DNA of 63,033 bases, the filler included, from Octopus bimaculoides (lineage: Eukaryota): the NCBI RefSeq assembly GCF_001194135.2. It is 5 parts of 5 records of this genome, joined end to end, with 100 filler letters (N's around TTAATTAATTAA, not from the genome) between each part and the next. Parts side by side here need not be neighbours in the genome. Positions count along the whole stretch, not along the records: positions 35,942 to 53,333 come from NC_068991.1; positions 53,434 to 61,290 come from NC_068982.1; positions 61,391 to 63,033 come from NC_068992.1; 2 more parts are not named here. One strand, 5' to 3'. Position numbers and translations under genes: made by a program. Shown here piece after piece: positions 51,151 through 63,033 of the stretch (the first letter of the stretch is position 1; each line of letters begins with the position of its first letter). Below the pieces are notes generated by a model. It saw only the letters and a program-made list of their open reading frames with translations. It searched no databases and was not told the origin of the DNA.

Positions 51151-51638
51151 GATGCAAGTCGGACTCATGCATTTAACTTTCGCTTCGTTTTGCGCAGTGA
51201 CTACCCACACATCACACTGCGGCACATTACACCAGACCATACATTGCCAGTACAATACTTCACAATCGGTTCTAAGTCTCTTTTTTTTTCCATATCTGCA
51301 CAGCTGACGCATCAAGTTTTTTTTTTGTCGCAAACGTCTAGAGAAAAATACAAAAGTATTTATATTGCTGAATCTCTCGAAGTTTCAACCATTTCAATTG
51401 TTATTTAAATACGATATAATTCACACAAAGAGTATTATGTTCAACCACACACGTGCAATAATATCTAACAAGTTTAATATTTTCAAGTGTGCACCTAAAA
51501 ATATTCCATTGCATTCGTATATGTTTCAATGGCGCTTTAGTAGGTCATCTTTCTTGTTGGTCTTAGTCATTAATTTATCATTGATAATATACAATACTAA
51601 GTAGGCTGAGAGTGAAAGTGAAAGTAATTGCACTCATG

Positions 51639-51701
<63 letters not shown>

Positions 51702-51934
51702 TATAGAAAGATGAGTTCTTAGACACACGAGATGTCGAAATATTGTCATTGTTCAAAGGACCAATAGATAAGTTACTTTCGAGTTGCGCTTTCTGTTATT
51801 GAGTTGGCCGTAGTGGTGGATTACGTCAGCTATGTTTACCTTACTGATGGAATTTGGCAATCGTATACAAAAGTTAAGAACTCATCTTTCTATATATTAC
51901 ATTTCTGCTGAGTTTATCAGTCCTCTCTATAAAC

Positions 51935-51985
<51 letters not shown>

Positions 51986-52750
51986 TAATAATATACGTTT
52001 CTGAATTTTTTTTTTTATTGCGCAGAACATTATCATTTTCATCTTTTATCTTTTTCTTCTTTCAGTCATTAGACTGAGGCCATGCTGGGGCACCGCTTTG
52101 AAGAATTTAGTCCAACGAATTGATCCCAGAGCATGTTTTTTAGTCTGGTGCTTACTCTTTTTTTAAATATATTTTATAACATTTTATAACATTTAGTAAA
52201 TCTTTAGTAAATATTCTATAACATTTAGTAAATCTTCCCATATTTTATCCCATGTTTTATAACATATAGTAAATCTTCTAGAACCTTTACTGCTGATTTG
52301 GTTATAAGATCTGACTAGTCGAACCATGTTCACGCAGGTGTTAATGCCTTTTATGATGACACGGTTAATATTTCGTAGCTTGCTTTTACCTTTTATAACA
52401 ATATCGCCTGGCTGTAGTCCTAAATTGAGGATCTGAATGAAATGGTTCGTAACTGGACCTAAGACCCGCTATATGTCTTCTAAAGTGGACATATGAAAGT
52501 GGTACGAAGTCTGTAGGAGTAGCGTTTGATTTGGGTATTGTGGAGGTGTTTGATCAGGAATTAGGGTAGATAACCCCCAAGGCTATTTTCAGGGCTATTC
52601 ATATGTTTAGTTATAGTATTTTAGTCATGCCTACTCTCAGTTTTATCTGAGGTGCTCCCTAAGGAGGCTAAGTTTTTACTCAAAACATTCCCTAAAGACT
52701 CGAAAATATGGAAAGATTCGTAAGATAATGTAGTTTAAGACAATGATGAC

Positions 52751-52791
<41 letters not shown>

Positions 52792-53501
52792 CGGTTATAA
52801 CAATACTGACGATCAGAATGATGATGACAACGATGACGATCTCTTCCAGTGACAGTCGTTCTATCTTTCCGCTTGATTAACTCGTTCACGCCCTTGGCCT
52901 GTGTTCTGGAGTGTTTTAGTAACGAGCTGAGGTCGAAGGTCAAGATGTGAGAGAACTACCTCCGCTATCACATTTACAACTGCTACCACCACCACCGCGC
53001 CTCCCCCACCACAATCCCACCACCACCACCACCACAACCACAACGACTAATATCTTCACCACCGCATACACAATCCTTTCGCCACAACACTTATATCACT
53101 ACCACTACCACTACCACCTGCACCTCATTCACCGCCACCGTTATCAACGGCAACAACAACAACAACACGACAAATCACCACTCCCATAAGCAACCAACAC
53201 AGCCAACAGCACCAACACCACGACCAATTACACTCCGTACATCAGCATCTACTATCACCTACACCATACACACCACCACCACCACCACCACAACCACCAC
53301 CACCACCACCGCCACCATCACTACCACTTCTACNNNNNNNNNNNNNNNNNNNNNNNNNNNNNNNNNNNNNNNNNNNNTTAATTAATTAANNNNNNNNNNN
53401 NNNNNNNNNNNNNNNNNNNNNNNNNNNNNNNNNATATATATAATTTTTTAAAAACTTGTAATAAATAAATATACGAATATATACTAAATACACGCACGAA
53501 C

Positions 53502-53532
<31 letters not shown>

Positions 53533-53594
53533 TGTATGCATATGATTAATAGCAACAGAAGCAAAATTAATGCCAAAAGGCAATTTTTAAATCC

Positions 53595-54147
53595 TATCCA
53601 AGTTAGCATGGGTGTTGTGTTAGAACACCGACTTCTGCGTTATTTACCTTGATACGACCTCTTATATGGATCCATAGTGCTCTCATATCTCTATCGTTAA
53701 TAGATGAGAATCGTTTGTTAGGGGCACTGGAACTGCCAAATCATGTGATTTCGACCTGCTCAGTCTCTTCAATAGCAGACGACCATTAGCGACATAACAG
53801 ACGAATCCTACTGCCGACCATATATAGAATTTCACCATCTTTCCAAGTACTCATGCTGTGAATAGCCAGCAAGCTTATTAAAACTTAATTAGTAAAGACA
53901 AAAGTAGTATTAATACCAAAGCGTAATCTTTTGTATCCAACTTAACGTGGATGCTGTTTTAGAACACCGAACACTGAGTTATTTTCCTTAAAAGCACTTC
54001 TCATATAGATGCATGGTGCCACAAAAAAAACAGACCTCGTGGAAATCACGTGCTCTGGCACCATACATTCATATGAGAAGTTCTCGCAAAGTAAATGATG
54101 CAGTATTCGGTGTTCTAACGCTAATCCACGTTAAGTTGGATATAAAG
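53595..54147. mobile_element. Direct-plus-inverted repeat cluster with two hammerhead motifs (retrozyme/PLE-terminal-like)
   Basis: Arm copies at 53595-53680 and 53928-54021 (direct) and 54056-54147 (inverted); hammerhead motifs at 53734-53777(-) and 54014-54063(+). Confidence 0.8.
53734..53777 (-). ncRNA. Minimal type-I hammerhead motif (C3>U)
   Basis: tgcta-TTGAAGA-gac tgagcag gtc-GAAA-TC ACAT GA-TT-tggca. Confidence 0.6.
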
Positions 54148-57100
54148 ACTATCATATACATATATATGTGTTTGTGTGTTTGTGTGTATGTATGTATATA
54201 TGTATGCATGCATGTATTTATGTATGTATGTATCTATGTATGTATACACACATATTTATAGAATAAACGCAGATAATGGATTTTATACATTTACTGAAGG
54301 CTTACATATGCTTCCAATAAATATTGGAGAGATCTAGTTCCATAGTTCAATCGTATTAATCAATCTATTCATATTCGATCGACTGAAAAGACAGAGAACA
54401 GTCCCTCACAGTCATCTTCTTCAGAGCTACGATATTCTAACTACAAAAAGAAAGGAATTTGAAAATTAGGTCATCTGATTTAACCAAGTATCTGACCATT
54501 TAACCAAGTATCTGTGCAAGCCAACAGGAAAGTTGGGATGTAGTAGCAGTCAGCGTCAGAGAACTGTAAATCTGACTATGAAAAGAATTGAAATTTGACA
54601 CCTTCCTATAATGTTCAGGGTTGTTGGTCTGGCTCTTTACGTTCTGAGTTGAAATTCCGTTGAGGTCAGCTTTGTTTTTCAACCTTCCAGATCTCCATGA
54701 AATGATGTGCCAATAAAGTACTGGGATTGATGGTATCGACTAATCTCCCCATTTTCACTCAAAATTGCTGGCTTCGCGCCTAAATCGTTAGCCATCGTTT
54801 GACCCAACGAAGCCAGCAGAATCATTAGACCGCGGGAAAAATACTTTGGGGTATTTTTTCAGGCTATTTACACTCTGAGTTCAAATACCTCTGGTTCAAC
54901 TTTGGCCTTCCTTCCTTTTTGGGGTAGATAAAATATAGTTGTTCCACTATTACTGTCGAGTGGAATTATTTTCATAGTACTAACCACAGCCAAGATATCG
55001 AACGGAATTATTTGTTTCTCTAGTTGTTTGTTCGATTCTATCTATCTAGTTTCTGCAAAGTTACACAAATTGTACCAACTAAACCTTCCCCTCAAATTTG
55101 CTGGCCATGTAACTATCATTATCGTTAAAGGATAATAAAAAGAATATTCTTATTCAGCACACGAGCAACAGAGAGTCAATACGGCGATGCAATAAAATAA
55201 CAATGTAAACGACAAGAAATCAGTTTTAATATAATTTAATTTATAAGTTTCATTTTATAAATTCTTAAATATATGTTTGTGTTTTTTAACATTTTCTCCT
55301 CCAGAGAAAAAGTATTAAATTTGGAACAAAACCAAAACGTTACATTGCCATATTAGTTGTATTCACAGCAAAAATCCATTTGAAGTTTTAACTCGCTCAA
55401 AAATATTTAGTGTGAGATGTGTGCTTGCGAGCATGTGTGTGTGTTGTGAATATATATGTACGATGATGTTCCTCGTTTACAGAACTAAACTATACACATT
55501 CATATAATCGATATCAAATCTCTCCAAGTTGATAAAATCAACTGTTGCAGAAAAATGTTTGTATTGCAAGTAAATTAATTCAGAAAATAAGAAACTAAAT
55601 TCTATCCACATTATGCTTTTATTGTTATATATATTTTTTCAACAATGATTCACAAATAAATATTTTATAAGTTAAATTATAAAATAAATCTAAAACTATA
55701 TGTTATATGTACATAAGTTTTTTAATGTTTTCTAAATTCAAAATTGGTTTAGTAGAAATACAGATTTTTTTTTATTCTTCTTTTTGCCAGTTTTTAATGT
55801 ATTTTTCGTTTTGCTTCTTTACCCTCATGTTACAAGTTCGAACATCCTTAGAAATATAACAGCAAGGACTTGGACTAAAGTTCCTCGACTAGACTATCGA
55901 TATAATTACTAGAGCTGTGTCAGTTCTACTTTCAATATCAGATTGAAATTTATAGTTTAAGATAAAAAACAAATAATTAATAATATATGGCGTTTGACTT
56001 CATACTTTACTGATGTAGGACATGAAGATGAAATGATTTGACAAAATTTAATATCAGAACCTTCTAATATGCTAATAAATCGATATTCCATAAATCTCGG
56101 TAGCAAAGCGATAATCTCCCACGTTTCTTATTCGCTTTTAATGCCAGTTTGCTTCTCTCGAGCCGCGAGTCCTTTGGAAAATTCAAGTCATAATATCGCA
56201 TTTGGCTTTTACATCCAATCAAAAAGCTTACAATATAAAGCAGTATGGAATTTGATAAATAACTTTAATTGTATTCGGCCCTTTTAAATTCGTGCCCGTA
56301 TGCTTCTGAGAGTTAATTCAAACTTCTTCAGAGATAATAGTGATGAAAATGAGGCGAAATATCTCCAACGAAATTTGGAAACAAAATGAACCTTCCTCCA
56401 CTCCACTCAACTATCATCTTCTACAATAAATTGAGTAATTTAAAAGATAGTATATTTTATTGCAAGGATTTTAGCCAGTCGAGTTGATACATCAAGCCTC
56501 CTCACCAAATAGTCGCCAGTTCCTTGACTCTCACCAGCATTAAAAAGAGGACAGTTAAATCGACTAAACCCTCCTTTAACATAATGAAGTCGTGTACTTT
56601 TCATAAAAATCATCATTATTATCGTTTGAAATATAGCATCCCCCAAGTTTGTAATTTTTTCTCTCTTGTATAGTTAAGCTTCTCTCCCGCTAATGCATTT
56701 TATTAATTACCTTCGAGCCTTTTAGCAATTATAGTAATAGCTTATATAATAAATAGACAGAGTACCTTTTACGAGTTACAATAGTTAACTATTGTATTCT
56801 TTAGAAATGGTTAACTATTACCGATTGACTATTAGCCAGTCAAGCAGCATTCTTTGTTTCTATACTTATTTTCGCTTTTAATATATATTTAATTGTAATT
56901 CATAAACAACATGATAAAAGAAAAAAGGGAACCAAGACTTGTGAGATGTTGTCGATTAGACAGTTGAGCATGACATAGTTTACTGTGAATGTAGATGCAT
57001 AGATGCATTTAAAAAATGAACACTTTGTTGTCGGATTGAAGATTTGCCCAAAATTTTTTAACATGAATGTTATACTCAGTATTATTCTCCAGCAATTCTT

Positions 57101-57443
57101 TTTCAAAATGTAAGTAAACTTGACATATAACTATTATTTCATATAATTCACTTTCATTTATTTACCATACTTTATGATGTTTTACGTAATACATTATATA
57201 ATAAATTTAAACACTTATAACCAACTGCATATGAATATACAGCACCTGAAATAACTACGATAGAATTTTAACAAGTAGGTACAATAAAATTATAACCATA
57301 AATTAAATTTTTAATAGAACACAACATACTTCTAGCCATCATAAATTAATACTAAGTACGCGGTGCAAGAAATAAACGCTTAGTCAATGAGGAAACTCTT
57401 TGGTACCGAAAATTAAATGCAGAATAATTAAAGCTTCACTTAC

Positions 57444-57737
57444 CAGAAATTATGTTGTAATCAATTCTTTTCTGAGTATTTAACTCAGATGGTGTTTGTA
57501 CAAGACGTCCAAATATTAGTCTGTGATTGCAAGCTTCAACTCTGTAATCCATTGTATCAGGTTCATCGAAGCAATATTTCTCGTATGACAAATTTGTTTT
57601 CTGTTGACAATTTTTTTCACCACTAAGGGTTTCTATATTAGGGTCAATTATTAGAGTTACTGTTGTATGGGCCTTATGGTTCTTTAGTCCATGCCTTAGT
57701 GAGGCGAGAACGGTCAACCGCAAAGAACACTCTACAC
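57444..57737 (-). CDS. Candidate internal exon, 294 nt, phase 1-1, open reading frame, product unknown
   Basis: Acceptor ttacttaacctttccacAG|G at 57737 and donor CTG|GTAAGT at 57444. Length is 98 codons with no stop (VECSLRLTVLASLRHG...RIDYNIIS). No recognisable homology. Confidence 0.35.
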
Positions 57738-57835
57738 CTGTGGAAAGGTTAAGTAATAATAACATATGAAGTAGAAATATAAAACCAGAAATAATAATAA
57801 TAATAATAATAATAATGATGATGATGATGATGATG

Positions 57836-57894
<59 letters not shown>

Positions 57895-57899
57895 CCTTT

Positions 57900-58106
57900 C
57901 TACTAAAGGCACAAGGCCAGAAATTTTGGAGGCGGGGATTAGTCAATTACATCGACCCCAGTATTTCTCTGGTACTTAATTTATCGACCCCGAAAGGATG
58001 AAAGGTAAAGTCAACTTCCGTGGAATATGAACTCAGAGCGTAGCGACGGGTGAAATACCGCTAAGCATTTCGTCCAGCGGGCTAATGATTCTGCCTGCTT
58101 GCCGCC

Positions 58107-58186
<80 letters not shown>

Positions 58187-58332
58187 AAGGATTTTTAATA
58201 CAACCGAAAAAAATCTTGGGAGAGGGTGTGGTCAATTAGGTCGACCTAAATACTTGACTGTTTTTTTTTTATGGAAAAAGGACTTCACTAAACTGTGCAA
58301 ACCAGTTTACACCAGTACTCTACAGTTTCTGA

Positions 58333-58374
<42 letters not shown>

Positions 58375-58530
58375 ATAATAATAGTTTCTATCATTGGCAT
58401 AAGAACACATCTTTTGGGTCAGAGAGCAGTCAAATAAATCCATCTCAAAACCTATCTAATCTTGACCCAGAAAGGATGAAAGGCAAAGTAAAAAGCGGTC
58501 TTGATCTGAACTTACAAAGAAATGGAGTAT
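57900..58530 (-). mobile_element. Array of three same-orientation SINE copies separated by (TAA/CAA)n and poly-A
   Basis: About 57900-58110, 58190-58330 and 58385-58530; same family as 6085-7022. Confidence 0.8.
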
Positions 58531-60225
58531 ATCTAAATAATGCTAGTTTTGCACTTGAAATCCAGTGATCCAACACACTGTGTGTTGTCTCCAGTTTTTA
58601 TAAAATTTCATGGTTCGTTAGCATTTTTAGCTATTTACATGCTCAATTTATTGTCGTTGATAAGGCTTAAGTTTACTTAAAACAACATAAAACATTGCAA
58701 TAAAAACTTCTGTGTATGAAACCATGCCTATATATTAAAACAAGATGATGTTGATGATGATGGGGGGAGGGTAGTGGTGGTGGTGGTGGTGGTGGNNNNN
58801 NNNNNNNNNNNNNNNNNNNNNNNNNNNNNNNNNNNNNNNNNNNNNNNNNNNNNNNNNNNNNNNNNNNNNNNNNNNNNNNNNNNNNNNNNNNNNNNNNNNN
58901 NNNNNNNNNNNNNNNNNNNNNNNNNNNNNNNNNNNNNNNNNNNNNNNNNNNNNNNNNNNNNNNNNNNNNNNNNNNNNNNNNNNNNNNNNNNNNNNNNNNN
59001 NNNNNNNNNNNNNNNNNNNNNNNNNNNNNNNNNNNNNNNNNNNNNNNNNNNNNNNNNNNNNNNNNNNNNNNNNNNNNNNNNNNNNNNNNNNNNNNNNNNN
59101 NNNNNNNNNNNNNNNNNNNNNNNNNNNNNNNNNNNNNNNNNNNNNNNNNNNNNNNNNNNNNNNNNNNNNNNNNNNNNNNNNNNNNNNNNNNNNNNNNNNN
59201 NNNNNNNNNNNNNNNNNNNNNNNNNNNNNNNNNNNNNNNNNNNNNNNNNNNNNNNNNNNNNNNNNNNNNNNNNNNNNNNNNNNNNNNNNNNNNNNNNNNN
59301 NNNNNNNNNNNNNNNNNNNNNNNNNNNNNNNNNNNNNNNNNNNNNNNNNNNNNNNNNNNNNNNNNNNNNNNNNNNNNNNNNNNNNNNNNNNNNNNNNNNN
59401 NNNNNNNNNNNNNNNNNNNNNNNNNNNNNNNNNNNNNNNNNNNNNNNNNNNNNNNNNNNNNNNNNNNNNNNNNNNNNNNNNNNNNNNNNNNNNNNNNNNN
59501 NNNNNNNNNNNNNNNNNNNNNNNNNNNNNNNNNNNNNNNNNNNNNNTACAGAAGAAGAAAGAGAAGAAGAAGAAGAAGAAGAAGAAGAAGAAGACTAACG
59601 TGAAAGGAAATGTATGAGAAGAAAATACGCTTGTTACCGTTCTACTCGATTTCCATATTGTTGTCTGAAGAAATATTATAAAAGGCGTTAAAGAACGCCA
59701 TTAAAATAGGCAAGTTTATAAGTCAATGAGATTTCAAAGTAGAAATTGCTAAATTAACCAGACTTGCCACATTAAAATTCTAAAGTCATCATGAATAAAC
59801 GACAATTTTTTAAAGGTTATCGTCAATTATTCAAGATAAATGGCACAGCTAATTTACTCTGGCACTGTTTTCTATCTAGGAGAGATGGAAGCTAAATGTT
59901 CAATTCAACAAAATTTGAAATCGAACTCAATCACAAACATAAAAACTGAATTCGTAAAAGAGGAGAAATACGAAATGCCATGCGGTCTTTAGTTACGACT
60001 GATTTCATTCTGAGCTCGAATCTCGTCAATAACAATTCTGTCTTTAATTTTCACCAATAGCCACCTGAATCTACTTTTCATTCTTTCGATGAAAGACAAC
60101 ACAAGGACCTCGAAAACGAATAAATGATTTCAATTTCTACCCGAGTAACATCAAAATTGTGAATCAAAACAAAAAGCGAAAGAATTATGCATGTGCAGGA
60201 TTTTTAAAAATGCATTATCGTGCAG

Positions 60226-60630
60226 TCTACTCTCTTTACTTGTTTCAGTCATTTGACTGTGGCCATGCTGGAGCACCACCTTTAGTCGAGCAAATCGACC
60301 CCTGGACTTATTCTTTGGAAGCCTAGTACTTATTCTATCGATCTCTTTTGCCGAACCGCTAAGTTACGGGGACGTTAACACACTACCATCGGTTGTCAAG
60401 CGATGTTGTGGGGACAAACACAGACACACAAACACACATACGTATATATATATATATACATATATACAACGGGCTTCTTTTCAGTTTCCGTCTACCAAAT
60501 CCACTCACAAGGCTTTGGTCGGCCCGAGGCTATAGTAGAAGACACTTGCCCAAGGTGCCTCGCAGTGGGACTGAACCCTGGACCATGTGGTTGGTAAGCA
60601 AGCTACTTACCACACAGCCACCCCTGCGCC
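60226..60630 (-). mobile_element. Full-length CORE-like SINE
   Basis: Minus-strand head ggcgcaggggtggctgtgtggtaag...gggttcagtccc; collinear with 46213-46616. Confidence 0.92.
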
Positions 60631-61390
60631 TTTTATTGGTATAAAAAATAAATATTGAAAGAATTAACGCCAACGTTCATTGCTACGAACTTGAATTAAC
60701 ATGGACGTCAACAACGGTATCCAGCTTTTAATCCCTAATAGTTTCCGATTTTATATTGACATATATAGGAGTATATATGCATGTATGACAAATGGATACA
60801 TAAACAGAGAAAGAGAGAGAGAAGAAGAAGAGAGTGAGGAGAAAAGAGGTGGAGAGACAATATTGATTAATTAATACATTTTCGACCTCTTCTGGTCATG
60901 ATTGACCAAGTCTTTCAGCACCCAGAAAATTTTTCCCCAAGTTACTGGCCTGGATTAGGGTGTCCGTGTGCATGTGTTTTGCTTATAATATTAACAGTAT
61001 ACTACGCATGGAAGTTTTCCCTCTTCACGCTGCCGATAATGTCCATAGGAAACCATATGTGTACATACATGTATGAATATATGTGTTTATATGAATAATA
61101 GATAGTAAGAAAGAAAATCATAGAGACAGCGTTGTTTAAGCTATTTATTTAATTTTCGCTATATATACGTGTGCTTGTGTGTATGTATGGTTGTGTGTGT
61201 ATATATATGTTAGGTATACATACACACATACATGCATACAACATACTCTCCTTCACACACGTATATATATATATATATATATATATATATNNNNNNNNNN
61301 NNNNNNNNNNNNNNNNNNNNNNNNNNNNNNNNNNTTAATTAATTAANNNNNNNNNNNNNNNNNNNNNNNNNNNNNNNNNNNNNNNNNNNN

Positions 61391-61458
61391 GGAGAAAGAG
61401 GAGGAGAAAGAGGAGGAGAAAGAGGAGGAGAAAGAGGAGGAGAAAGAGGAGGAGGAGG
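61391..61458 (+). repeat. 12-bp minisatellite (GGAGAAAGAGGA)n
   Basis: About 5 exact units next to a gap. Confidence 0.9.
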
Positions 61459-62942
61459 ACGCATTTTATATTATGTGATTGTACACTATGTGATTGTGTG
61501 TGTGCTAATATACTCATATACCTGCACATCCATGCATACACACGCATACATACATACATATGTGTATGCACACGCACATTGACGCACAAGCATGCGCACA
61601 AACAAACAAACAAAAAAGAACGCAGTTCCGATAACGGACAGAGTCAACGACTATTGAATAGGTTGCAAGACGCATCGAAAATTTTAGTAAAAATAGACAA
61701 GTAAATGAGTGGAAATTTTACCGATGCGTGTGTTAAATCACTAAAAGAGAATGATTCACCTCAGCCAGAATAATATCTATATATATATATATATATATAA
61801 TCCTTTGTACTTCTTTCAAAGTACAAGACATTCATACACAAAAATAGAACATTCAACACTTCATTTTGTGGTGACTACTTTAAATAATTAATTCTGTTTC
61901 GACCCTGTTTAATCTATTTGCATCGTGTTTCTATTTGAGTATCCAAACTAAATATACATTGTAATCTTGGACGGAGGAAATCAGAGACTGATGACGTAGT
62001 GTGAATATCGAAGCGGACGGAGAAGCCTATATAGTGTGACAAGTGATGAAACAGCTTCTATTGTTTATCATCGACCTGCTTAATCAGGATTAACCGCTGC
62101 AACAACAGCGTCAATAAGCACAAATGTCATTGCCGTTGTCACCAATGCCGCCATATTTACACATGCTTGTTTAACTTTTGAAATTAGAAAAGCGCAGCCA
62201 CCATGATAATGTCACTGATTGTTTGATGCAGGTTTTGTCCAGATTAGAATTTCCTGGGATTTGTAACTACAAGGACAAAAGAAACCGGTGTGGTTTAATG
62301 GCTGAAGGGCTGTGACGAGTTTCTTGCAGAATTTCTGGGTGTGAGTCACAACAGAGTTTTTATAAAAGAATCTGCATCCGAGTGGACCGAGGTGGACGTT
62401 GTACACAGATTAAGTGATTAGGTCAGCTAAATTTACTGCACACACGATATGAGTTGGTAGAGAGAAGATAGTACAGGTTTGTTGTGAGTTTCCAGGAATT
62501 GAATTGTTGGTCAGAGAAGATTAAGGTTTGGTCGGAATGGTTTTAGTTTTATGTCAGCTCACTATGAGAAAGCATCGGAGCTTGTGACTTTGGGATGCGG
62601 TAATTTTGCGTTCAATGTTCATCTTTTCGGTACTGTATAGGAGAAACGTTTGTGCAACAGCATCAGTATTCTGCATTCATGAATAGCACCATGTGGATCT
62701 GATGTTTGCTATGAGGTCTGCAAAGAAACGGGGAGAGAGAGGGAAGGAAGAGATATATGTGGATATAGATATATAGATACATACATACAGAAACCTCGCA
62801 TATATGCATGCATATGTATATACATATATACTATACATAATTATATATATCATTGAGTAGACAGATAATACAAACATGCATATATGTGTGTCCATTTGTG
62901 TGTATACATATATATGTGTATGTATATATGTATATATATTTA

Positions 62943-63033
<91 letters not shown>

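Noticed and set aside
52300-52690. Possible LINE-derived fragment
   Set aside because: Composition is suggestive but no diagnostic motif could be read.

Overview
AT-rich, microsatellite-dense eukaryotic genomic DNA with many N gaps. The SINE/LINE/MITE repertoire points to an octopod cephalopod, probably Octopus (inference). One clear host gene fragment is present: a 594-nt coding exon (7236-7829, minus strand) of an AQP4/Big-brain-like aquaporin. It ends at a GTAAGT donor at the intron position conserved in AQP4, and the exon with the second NPA box is not in the called sequence. A candidate 294-nt symmetric exon (57444-57737, minus) and a candidate recursive splice site (4020-4060, minus) lie on the same strand. 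The rest is mostly decayed mobile DNA: several tRNA-derived SINE families; RTE, CR1, Tx1-like, HERO-like and other RLE-type LINE remnants; a Penelope-like GIY-YIG remnant; Tc1/mariner remnants; and a hAT MITE. The main unexpected signal is a set of minimal type-I hammerhead ribozyme motifs (CUGANGA...GAAA, short palindromic helix III), most of them tied to long inverted repeats. In three elements (902-1266, 44631-44891, 53928-54147) the hammerhead core sits at the apex of a long hairpin whose arms continue helix I. Other highlights are a His-to-Gln change at the aquaporin ar/R filter and a 5'-inverted (twin-primed) RTE insertion with a 12-bp TSD. All folds and alignments were read by eye and need computational confirmation.
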